DNA of 64,000 bases, from contig VGBM01000005.1 in assembly GCA_016870485.1 (NCBI GenBank), positions 24,214 to 88,213 on the forward strand, written 5' to 3'. Shown piece after piece: positions 56,232-63,127 of this stretch. The notes under the pieces are model-generated. The model ran no database searches. It was not told the origin of the DNA and saw nothing but the letters and a program-made list of their open reading frames with translations. The translations under genes were made by a program, and so were the position numbers. Source of the stretch: Actinomycetota bacterium. Lineage in GTDB: Bacteria > Actinomycetota > Thermoleophilia > Gaiellales > F1-60-MAGs149. The first letter of the stretch is position 1, and each line of letters opens with the position of its first letter.

Positions 56232-57536
56232 ATGCACACGCCCGAGCCCCCCTTCAGCCCCATCGAGGATGCCCTCGAGGACATCCGCCGGGGCAAGATG
56301 ATCATCATCGTCGACGCGCCCGACCGCGAGAATGAGGGCGATCTGTGCATGGCCGCTGAGTTCGTGACCGCGGACGACATCAACTTCATGGCCACCCACG
56401 CGCGCGGCCTGGTCTGCCTGACCCTGACCCCGGAGCGCTGCGACACCCTCGGCCTGCAGCCGATGGTTGCGCACAACGTGACCACGTTCGAGACGGCCTT
56501 CACCGTCACGATCGAGGCCAAGGAGGGCATCTCCACCGGCATCAGCGCCGCGGACCGCGCGCACACGTGCCGCGTCGCCGTCGACCCCGCCAAGGGCGCC
56601 GACGACATCCAGATGCCGGGCCACATCTTCCCGCTGCGGGCCCGCCCGGGCGGCGTGCTCGAGCGCACCGGGCAGACGGAGGCCTCCGTCGACGTGGCGC
56701 GGCTCGCCGGCTGCACGCCCGCGGGCGTGATCTGCGAGGTGATGAACCCGGACGGCACGATGGCCCGCGTCGACGACCTCGCGCGCTTCAAGGACGAGCA
56801 CGACATCAAGATCATCACCGTCGCCGACCTGATCGAGTACCGCCGGCGCACCGAGCAGCTCGTGGAGCGCGTCGCGGAGGTCAACCTGCCGACCGCGTAC
56901 GGCGACTTCCACGCGATCGGGTACCGCGAGACGCTGCACGACAAGCAGCACCTGGCCCTGATCTACGGCGAGGTGGACGGCCGGGAGGACGTGCTGGTGC
57001 GCGTCCACTCCGAGTGCCTGACGGGCGACGTCTTCCACTCCCTGCGCTGCGACTGCGGCGAGCAGCTGAACCTGGCGATGCAGCAGGTCGTGCAGGCCGG
57101 GAGCGGCGTCGTGCTGTACATGGCGCAGGAGGGCCGCGGCATCGGGCTGCTCAATAAGCTGCGCGCCTACGAGCTGCAGGAGCAGGGCCGCGACACCGTC
57201 GAGGCGAACGTCGAGCTCGGCTTCATGGACGACCAGCGCGAGTACGGGATCGGCGCCCAGATCCTCGCCGACCTCGGCCTCTCGACGATCAAGATCCTCA
57301 CGAACAACCCCCGCAAGATCATCGGCCTCGAGGGCTACGGCCTGAAGGTCACCGAGCAGGTGCCGATCGAGGTCGAGCCGGGCGAGCACAACGCCGACTA
57401 CCTGCGGGTCAAGCGCGAGAAGCTCGGCCACGCGCTGCACCACCAGCACATCAAGGCCGCCGACATCCTGCCGGGGACGCCCCCGACCGGTGCGGTCGAC
57501 CCGGCGGCCGGGGAGCCGGCGGGCGCGCAGCCGTGA
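56232..57536 (+). CDS. ribBA: Bifunctional DHBP synthase / GTP cyclohydrolase II
   Basis: 434 aa from ATG 56232. DRENEGDL, CLTGDVFHSLRCDCG. Confidence 0.93.
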   Translation: MHTPEPPFSPIEDALEDIRRGKMIIIVDAPDRENEGDLCMAAEFVTADDINFMATHARGLVCLTLTPERCDTLGLQPMVAHNVTTFETAFTVTIEAKEGISTGISAADRAHTCRVAVDPAKGADDIQMPGHIFPLRARPGGVLERTGQTEASVDVARLAGCTPAGVICEVMNPDGTMARVDDLARFKDEHDIKIITVADLIEYRRRTEQLVERVAEVNLPTAYGDFHAIGYRETLHDKQHLALIYGEVDGREDVLVRVHSECLTGDVFHSLRCDCGEQLNLAMQQVVQAGSGVVLYMAQEGRGIGLLNKLRAYELQEQGRDTVEANVELGFMDDQREYGIGAQILADLGLSTIKILTNNPRKIIGLEGYGLKVTEQVPIEVEPGEHNADYLRVKREKLGHALHHQHIKAADILPGTPPTGAVDPAAGEPAGAQP

Positions 57537-58036
57537 CGCAGCCCGACGCGGCCGACAGCATCCAGCCGCCGGCGGGCGCGCGGCGGATCGAGCCCGCGGG
57601 GCTCGACGCGGGCACGCGCGTCGCGATCGTGGCCGCCGAGTACCACACGGACATCGTCCAGGAGCTCGTCAACGGCGCCGTGCGGGAGCTCGTGGAGCGC
57701 GGCGTCGCGGCGGACGCGATCGACGTCGTACCGGTGCCGGGCGCCTTCGAGATCGGGCTGGCCGCGCAGCGCTGCGCGGAGCGCGGGTACGACGCGGTGA
57801 TCGCCCACGGCTGCGTGATCCGCGGCGACACGCCGCACTTCGACTACGTCTGCCAGGCCGCGATGAGCGGCGTCGCCGACGCCTCGCGCGCCACGGGCGT
57901 GCCGATCGCCTTCGGGGTGCTGACCGTGGAGACGCACCAGCAGGCGCTCGACCGGATCGGCGGCGACGAGGGGCACAAGGGCCGCGAGGCCGCCGCGGCG
58001 GCGCTCGGCCTGCTCGCCACGCTGCGCGCGCTCTGA
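57533..58036 (+). CDS. ribH: 6,7-dimethyl-8-ribityllumazine synthase
   Basis: 167 aa. The GTG overlaps the ribBA stop (GTGA). VPGAFEI, GDTPHFDYV. Confidence 0.92.
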   Translation: MTQPDAADSIQPPAGARRIEPAGLDAGTRVAIVAAEYHTDIVQELVNGAVRELVERGVAADAIDVVPVPGAFEIGLAAQRCAERGYDAVIAHGCVIRGDTPHFDYVCQAAMSGVADASRATGVPIAFGVLTVETHQQALDRIGGDEGHKGREAAAAALGLLATLRAL

Positions 58037-58049
58037 GGGGCGCGGCGCC

Positions 58050-58241
58050 CTAGAGGGCGCGCTGCACCTTGCCGGCCTTGAGGCAGCGGGTGCAGACGTA
58101 GGCGCGGACGGCGACGCCGTCCTTGAGGATGCGCAGCTTCTGCAGGTTCGCGTCGGAGCGGCGCTTCGTGGCGACCATGGAGTGGCTGCGGTTGTTGCCG
58201 AAGGAGGGACCCCGGCCGCAGGAACTGCAGACGCGCGACAT
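58050..58241 (-). CDS. rpmB: 50S ribosomal protein L28 (Cys4 zinc-ribbon form)
   Basis: 63 aa from ATG 58241. MSRVCSSCGRGPSFGNNRSHS...CTRC. Confidence 0.88.
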   Translation of the reverse strand: MSRVCSSCGRGPSFGNNRSHSMVATKRRSDANLQKLRILKDGVAVRAYVCTRCLKAGKVQRAL

Positions 58242-58294
58242 GCGCGCAGTATGCTGGACCCATCGATTGGCCGCAAACGGCAACCGTCGCGCCC

Positions 58295-60025
58295 GTGCCC
58301 GAACCGCCCGCTCCCACGCCGCTTGACCTCGCGCTCGGCGCCCGTGCGGCGCTCGCCCGCGAGCGCGAGCGGCTCAACGCGATCAACGTCTACCCGGTCG
58401 CCGATGGCGACACGGGCTCCAACATGCTGGCCACCGCGGACGCCGTGGTGCGGGCGCTGCGCGAGGGGCCGGCGGACCCGGCCCGGGCGGCGGGCGACGC
58501 GGCGCTCCTCGGCGCGCGCGGCAACTCGGGCACGATCCTGTCGGCGATGGTGCGCGCCCTCGCGACGGGCCTCGCCGCGGGCCCGGTCGACGGCCCCGCG
58601 GTCCGGGCCGCGCTGGTCGCGGCCGCGGAGGCCGGCTACCGGGCCGTGCCCGAGCCGGTCGAGGGCACGATGCTGACCGTCGCCCGCGCGCTCGGCGCGT
58701 CGGCGGAGGGCGCGGACGCCCGCGCGGCGGTGGCCGCCGCGCTGGCGGGAGCGCAGGCGGCGTTGGCGGCGACGCCGGACCAGCTGGCCGTGCTCCACGA
58801 GGCGGGCGTGGTCGATGCCGGGGCGGCGGGCCTCGTGGCGCTCGTCGAGGGAGCGCTGGCCGCCCTCGACGGCGAGCGCTTCCCCGACGCGGCGCCGGCG
58901 GCGGTGGAGATCGAGGCGCACGTGCACGACCCGACCAGCCGCTACCGCTACTGCATCGGGTTCGTCGTGCGGGGCGCCGAGCCGGACGGGCTGCGGGCGG
59001 CGGCGCTCGGCTGGGGCGACTCCGTGGTCGTGGTCGGTGACCGCGAGCTGGCCCGCGTCCACGTCCACGCCGACGATCCCGCGCAGGTGCTGGCGGCGGC
59101 TGCGGCGCTGGGGGCGGTGGAGGGCGAGGCGGTCTCCGACATGCGCGCGCAGATCGCCGAGCGCCACGGCGGTGCGGCGCCCGCGGGCGGGGTGGCGATC
59201 GTCTACGACTCGACGGCGGACCTGCCGACCCCTGAGCGCGCCTCGTGGCGGATGGTGCCGCTGACCGTGGCCTTCGGGGCGGACGAGCTGCGCGACTACG
59301 TCGACCTCGACGCGGACGCGTTCTACGCGCGCCTCGCGCGCGACCCGCACCACCCGACGACGTCGCAGCCCTCGCCCGGTGCGTTCGCCGCCGTCTACCG
59401 CGAGCTGCTCGAGGCCCACGACCACGTGCTCTCGATCCACATCTCGTCGCGGCTGAGCGGCACCCTCGCCTCGGCGACCGCGGCCGCGGCGGACTTCCCC
59501 GGGCGGGTGACGGTGGTCGACTCCCTCAGCGTGTCGATGCCGCTCGCCCTGACCCTGGTCCGCGTGCAGGAGGCGCTCGACCGCGGGGCGGACCCGGCCG
59601 AGGCGCCGGCGATCATCGCCGGCCTGCGCGCGCGCTCGGCGTGCCTGTTCAGCGTGTCGACCCTGGAGTTCCTGCAGCGCGGCGGGCGCATCGGCCGCGC
59701 CCAGGCCCTGCTCGGCGGCGTGCTCGGGGTGCACCCGATCCTCGCCGTCGAGGACGGCGAGGTGGTGCCGGCGCTGAAGGTGCGCGGCCGGGACAACGTG
59801 CTGCCGGCGCTGGTCGGGGAGATGGTGCGCCGCTCGGCGCCGTACGCGGAGGTCGACGTGGCGATCGCGCACGCCTCGGACCCCGTGCGGGCCGCGCAGC
59901 TCGAGGCGCTCGTGCGCGCGGCGCGGGGCGGAATCCGCTCGGTGCGCACCCTGACCCTCGGCGCGGTGGTCGGGGCGCACGCGGGGCCCGGGGCGCTGGG
60001 CCTCGGCTACGTCGGCGTGGACTGA
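58295..60025 (+). CDS. DhaL (DAK2, FakA/YloV-type) domain fused to a DegV (FakB-type fatty-acid-binding) domain
   Basis: 576 aa. N-terminus YPVADGDTGSNM...GARGNSGTILS (DhaL). YloV-type middle domain RYRYCIGFVV...GDSVVVVG...VHVHADDP. C-terminus IVYDSTADLP, TTSQPSPGAF, IHISSRLSGT, LEFLQRGGRI, GAHAGPGALG (DegV). Confidence 0.8.
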   Translation: MPEPPAPTPLDLALGARAALARERERLNAINVYPVADGDTGSNMLATADAVVRALREGPADPARAAGDAALLGARGNSGTILSAMVRALATGLAAGPVDGPAVRAALVAAAEAGYRAVPEPVEGTMLTVARALGASAEGADARAAVAAALAGAQAALAATPDQLAVLHEAGVVDAGAAGLVALVEGALAALDGERFPDAAPAAVEIEAHVHDPTSRYRYCIGFVVRGAEPDGLRAAALGWGDSVVVVGDRELARVHVHADDPAQVLAAAAALGAVEGEAVSDMRAQIAERHGGAAPAGGVAIVYDSTADLPTPERASWRMVPLTVAFGADELRDYVDLDADAFYARLARDPHHPTTSQPSPGAFAAVYRELLEAHDHVLSIHISSRLSGTLASATAAAADFPGRVTVVDSLSVSMPLALTLVRVQEALDRGADPAEAPAIIAGLRARSACLFSVSTLEFLQRGGRIGRAQALLGGVLGVHPILAVEDGEVVPALKVRGRDNVLPALVGEMVRRSAPYAEVDVAIAHASDPVRAAQLEALVRAARGGIRSVRTLTLGAVVGAHAGPGALGLGYVGVD

Positions 60026-60027
60026 TC

Positions 60028-60045
60028 GGGGCCGCCGCCGGCCCC
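60028..60045 (+). terminator. GC hairpin just after the DhaL-DegV gene
   Basis: GGGGCCG-CCGC-CGGCCCC, a 7-bp stem. No U-tract follows. Confidence 0.3.
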
Positions 60046-60105
60046 CGCCTGGGCCGCCCGCTTCGCCTTGATCTCGGACGCGAGCCTCGCGCCCTGGACC
60101 ACCGC

Positions 60106-60198
60106 TCAACCGGGGCCGTAGACGGGGCGCTTGAGGATCGTGGTCACGACGGCCATCACGGCCCAGGCCACGATCAGGGCGATCACCCACCATTCCAT
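60106..60198 (-). CDS. Possible 30-aa single-TM micro-protein
   Basis: MEWWVIALIVAWAVMAVVTTILKRPVYGPG. ATG start, high third-position GC. Below the ORF-track size cutoff. No other support. Confidence 0.25.
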   Translation of the reverse strand: MEWWVIALIVAWAVMAVVTTILKRPVYGPG

Positions 60199-60234
60199 AC
60201 CAGGCAGAATAGCGGGGCCGCCGGGCGGCCATGT

Positions 60235-60240
60235 TATAGT
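60235..60240 (+). promoter_or_regulatory. -10-like TATAGT 7 nt upstream of ATG 60248 (leaderless arrangement)
   Basis: TATAGT-GGCTCAC-ATG. Confidence 0.4.
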
Positions 60241-60247
60241 GGCTCAC

Positions 60248-60553
60248 ATGAGCGAATACCAGATCACCTACTGGCGCGACATCCCGTCGCTCGTGACGGC
60301 GCGCGACGGCGACGACACGGCCAAGGCATCGCTGCCCCAGCGCTTCCAGGAGGCGATCGACGAGGCCGCCATGCGGCTCGGCGAGGCCGACGCGGACGCC
60401 TACATGGCCGGCTGGCGCCGCGGCGACTGGACGCCCGCCGAGGGCGTGCCCGCCGCGGTGGCCGACCGCGTCGCCGGGGAGCTCGAGGCCGAGCTCGACG
60501 CGGACGCCCTCAACGCCCTGCTCGACGCACTGGGTCCGCCCCAGGAGGCCTGA
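60248..60553 (+). CDS. Small 'virulence factor'-domain-like protein (the type found next to homocysteine methyltransferase domains)
   Basis: 101 aa from ATG 60248. The N-terminal YQITYWRDIPSLVTA matches my memory of the PF13769-type pattern. The gene lies 2 nt upstream of the methyltransferase gene. Confidence 0.6.
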   Translation: MSEYQITYWRDIPSLVTARDGDDTAKASLPQRFQEAIDEAAMRLGEADADAYMAGWRRGDWTPAEGVPAAVADRVAGELEAELDADALNALLDALGPPQEA

Positions 60554-60555
60554 CC

Positions 60556-61440
60556 ATGAGCGGCATGCTCGAGACCCTGGGGTCCGGTGGTCGCCTCCTC
60601 GGCGACGGCGCGATGGGCACGATGCTCCAGGAGGCCGGCCTCACCGACGGCGGCGCGCCCGAGCTCTGGAACGTCGAGCAGCCCGAGAAGGTCGAGGGCA
60701 TCCTCGAGGCGTACGCCGCGGCCGGCGCCAACCTGATCACCACCTGCACCTTCGGCGGCACCCGTCCGCGGCTCGAGATGCACGACCTCGGCGATCGCGT
60801 CGAGGAGCTCAACCGCGCCGGCGCGGAGCTCGCGCGGCGCGTGGCCGACCGCCACCCCGGCAGCTACGTGCTCGGCGACGTCGGCCCCTCCGGCGAGCTG
60901 ATGGAGCCGATGGGCACGCTCACGCCCGAGACGGCGCAGGAGCTCTTCCGGGAGCAGATCCGCGGCCTCGTCCAGGGCGGGGCGGACGCGATCCTGATCG
61001 AGACCATGTCGGACCTCGGTGAGGTCGAGGCCGCCGTCGAGGCCGCCAAGGCCGAGGCCCCCGGCCTGCCGATCCTCGTCACGATGTCGTTCGACACGAA
61101 CCTGCGCACGATGATGGGCGTCAAGCCCGGCCAGGCCGTCGCGGCGGTCGGGGCGATGGGCGCCGACGTGGTCGGCGCCAACTGCGGCCGCGGCCCCGAC
61201 GAGATGCGCCAGATCGCCGCCGAGCTGACCGAGGCCCGGCCCGCGGGACTCTTCCTGATGACGCAGTCGAACGCCGGCCTGCCCCAGCTCGTCGGCGACG
61301 AGTTCCGCTACGACGGCACCCCCGAGGTCATGGCCGACTGGGCCCACGACATGCGCGCGCTCGGGATCGACGTGATCGGGGCCTGCTGCGGCTCGACGCC
61401 GGAGCACATCGCCGCGATGCGCGACGTCGTGCTCGGCTGA
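60556..61440 (+). CDS. Stand-alone homocysteine S-methyltransferase-domain protein (MetH N-terminal / MmuM-like)
   Basis: 294 aa. LGDGAMGTML, zinc ligands in GANCGRGP and IGACCGSTPEHI. Confidence 0.88.
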   Translation: MSGMLETLGSGGRLLGDGAMGTMLQEAGLTDGGAPELWNVEQPEKVEGILEAYAAAGANLITTCTFGGTRPRLEMHDLGDRVEELNRAGAELARRVADRHPGSYVLGDVGPSGELMEPMGTLTPETAQELFREQIRGLVQGGADAILIETMSDLGEVEAAVEAAKAEAPGLPILVTMSFDTNLRTMMGVKPGQAVAAVGAMGADVVGANCGRGPDEMRQIAAELTEARPAGLFLMTQSNAGLPQLVGDEFRYDGTPEVMADWAHDMRALGIDVIGACCGSTPEHIAAMRDVVLG

Positions 61441-61444
61441 TCCC

Positions 61445-62134
61445 TCAGCCGGACCGGGTCAGCCAGTCGGATAGCCGCCGGCGCAGGGTCGGCCGGGGGT
61501 ACAGCCGCGCGGCCTCCGCGGCGGTGATGCCGAGGTGCGCGCGCGGGAGCCGCTGCGCGGACGGGGCGTAGCGGGGCAGGGGGCCGAGCGGGTCCGTGCC
61601 CGGGTCGATCACGACGGGCACCCCGTAGACCTCCTCGAGGAGCGGGGCGAGCTCCTCGGCCGGCACGGCCCGCAGCTGGCCCGCCTCCCAGGTGAAGGCG
61701 AAGCAGAGCCCGTCGGTCGTGGCCGCGTGCACCGTCAGCCGCGTCGGGTAGGCGTGCTCGGCGCGCCAGCCGCGCTTGTGCCGCAGGACGGCGCCCCACA
61801 GAGCGACCTCGCCGGAGACGGCGCGCAGGCCGCGCGTGTCGGCGGCGTCCATCAGGGCCGCGCCCTCCGAGCGCCAGGCGTGGACGCCGCACGTGCAGCC
61901 CTCGGCCGGGGCGTCGTGGCCGGCGGGAGCGCGGCTAACGGGGCGGACGCCGAGCGGTGAGGTCCAGGTCGAGACGCCGCAGCGCGCGCCATGGGTCTGG
62001 CGGGGCTCCCAGATGGTGCGCCGGTACGGCGACGCGAGCACGGGGTCGCCGGAGGGGTGGATGCGCACCGTCCACGAGCGGTAGCCGAGGACCGGCTCGA
62101 TCAGGTCGGGGACGACGTAGGCGCCGTCCGTCAC
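61445..62134 (-). CDS. Uncharacterised Cys/His-motif protein (operon gene C)
   Basis: 229 aa from GTG 62134, which overlaps the upstream micro-ORF stop (GTGA). GYRSWTV, ARCGV...GHDAPAEGCTCGVHAW, GEVALWGAVLRHKRGWRAEHAYP. No family recognised. Confidence 0.6.
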   Translation of the reverse strand: MTDGAYVVPDLIEPVLGYRSWTVRIHPSGDPVLASPYRRTIWEPRQTHGARCGVSTWTSPLGVRPVSRAPAGHDAPAEGCTCGVHAWRSEGAALMDAADTRGLRAVSGEVALWGAVLRHKRGWRAEHAYPTRLTVHAATTDGLCFAFTWEAGQLRAVPAEELAPLLEEVYGVPVVIDPGTDPLGPLPRYAPSAQRLPRAHLGITAAEAARLYPRPTLRRRLSDWLTRSG

Positions 62135-62286
62135 GCCGGCACGGGCTCCTCGCGCGGGACGGGCGCCGGCGCCGGCTCGGGCCGGGGGTCGGGAGCGGGC
62201 GCCTCGGCCGGCTCGGGCTCGCGCGCGGGCACCGGCGGGGTCGCCGGTTCGATCACGATGCGCTCCTCCTCCTCGCCGATGTCCAC
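62131..62286 (-). CDS. Pro/Glu-rich 51-aa micro-ORF (operon gene B)
   Basis: VDIGEEEERIVIEPATPPVPAREPEPAEAPAPDPRPEPAPAPVPREEPVPA. Nearly every codon ends in G or C, which is the coding-frame signature here. It fills the gap between genes A and C exactly. Confidence 0.4.
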   Translation of the reverse strand: MDIGEEEERIVIEPATPPVPAREPEPAEAPAPDPRPEPAPAPVPREEPVPA

Positions 62287-62295
62287 GGCGGAAAC

Positions 62296-63075
62296 CTACC
62301 CGCAGACGAGGCTCGGAGGCACCAGCATCGCGCCCTCGCGCGGGTCCCCGGGCGGGGGCAGGCGCAGGGCACGGCCGAGGTCGCGGGCCGTCGACAGGCG
62401 CAGCGCGCTCGCCGTCGCGTCGAAGGCGTCCTCGCTGTCCGCGGCGCGGCCGAGCTGGCCGCGGGTGAGATCCGCGTGGCGGCGCAGCCACGTGCGGCGC
62501 TCCGCCGGCCGCGACTTCGCCACGGGCCCGGTCAGGAGGCGCGGCCAGATCTCGCAGACCGCGTGCCGGCCGGCCGGCTGGAACGGCCAGATCGCCCAGC
62601 CGGCCGCGGCGAGGTGCGGCAGGTGGGGGATCCCTCGGACGGTGCCCGTGCCGACGGCGCCCGCGCCGCCGATCTGGAACACGCTCTTTGGGGTGATCCC
62701 GGACACGCTCCAGCCCTCCTCGCAGGCCCGCAGCTGGGTCTCCGGGCCGCGTCGGGTCCCGGGCCGGCCCCAGAACGGCGCGGGGCAGTCGGCGAGCCAG
62801 CGCTCGCCGTGCTCCGCCACGCCCGCCCAGACGTCCGCGGGGCGGCGCCAGCCGTGTGCGTCGAGGAACCAGGCCGGGTACGAGAAGGCGAAGTCGATCC
62901 CGACCACCGCGCGCGGCACCTCCCGGCGGCGCGCGCACAGCCAGTCGACCACGGCCGCGCGGTCGCGGCCGCCCTCGAGTCGCTCGAGGCGGCCGTCGAC
63001 GGCCTCGGCGATCCAGATCGTGCGCGCCGCGCCGGTCCGCGCGCCCGACCAGTCGACGGCGATCACGCGGGCCAT
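62296..63075 (-). CDS. Uncharacterised DUF429-like / RNase-H-fold-like protein (operon gene A)
   Basis: 259 aa from ATG 63075. MARVIAVDWSGA, VVGIDFAFSYP, PKSVFQIGGAGAVG, CEIWP, SEDAFDATASAL. The family assignment is from memory only. Confidence 0.6.
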   Translation of the reverse strand: MARVIAVDWSGARTGAARTIWIAEAVDGRLERLEGGRDRAAVVDWLCARRREVPRAVVGIDFAFSYPAWFLDAHGWRRPADVWAGVAEHGERWLADCPAPFWGRPGTRRGPETQLRACEEGWSVSGITPKSVFQIGGAGAVGTGTVRGIPHLPHLAAAGWAIWPFQPAGRHAVCEIWPRLLTGPVAKSRPAERRTWLRRHADLTRGQLGRAADSEDAFDATASALRLSTARDLGRALRLPPPGDPREGAMLVPPSLVCG

Positions 63076-63081
63076 GGGGGG

Positions 63082-63087
63082 ATGCTC
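63082..63087 (-). promoter_or_regulatory. -10-like GAGCAT 6 nt upstream of the gene A ATG (leaderless arrangement)
   Basis: Minus strand reads GAGCAT-CCCCCC-ATG. Confidence 0.3.
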
Positions 63088-63115
63088 GCACACCCCGGAC
63101 CGGAGGGCCGTGCGC

Positions 63116-63121
63116 GAGAAT
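63116..63121 (+). promoter_or_regulatory. -10-like GAGAAT 6 nt upstream of the recG GTG (leaderless arrangement)
   Basis: GAGAAT-CCCGAC-GTG. Confidence 0.3.
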
Positions 63122-63127
63122 CCCGAC

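Noticed and set aside
58038-58060. GC palindromes (GGGCGC-G-GCGCCC and GCGCCCT-AG-AGGGCGC) between ribH and rpmB, considered as a bidirectional terminator.
   Set aside because: The loops are only 1-2 nt, so a stable hairpin as drawn is unlikely, and there is no U-tract. The site could still act as a terminator after rearranged pairing, but I cannot support that from the sequence alone.
62238-62256. A GGTTCGATCAC string resembling a tRNA T-arm.
   Set aside because: The flanking sequence gives no acceptor, D-arm or anticodon-arm complementarity, and the string lies inside the high-GC3 coding frame of micro-ORF B. I found no tRNA anywhere in the window.
60026-63127. Direct repeats flanking the 3.1-kb insertion, as possible att sites or target-site duplications.
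   Set aside because: The only similarity is weak: CCGG(G/AG)GGCCGT near 60110 and 63100. That is not distinguishable from chance in GC-rich sequence by eye and needs a computed comparison.
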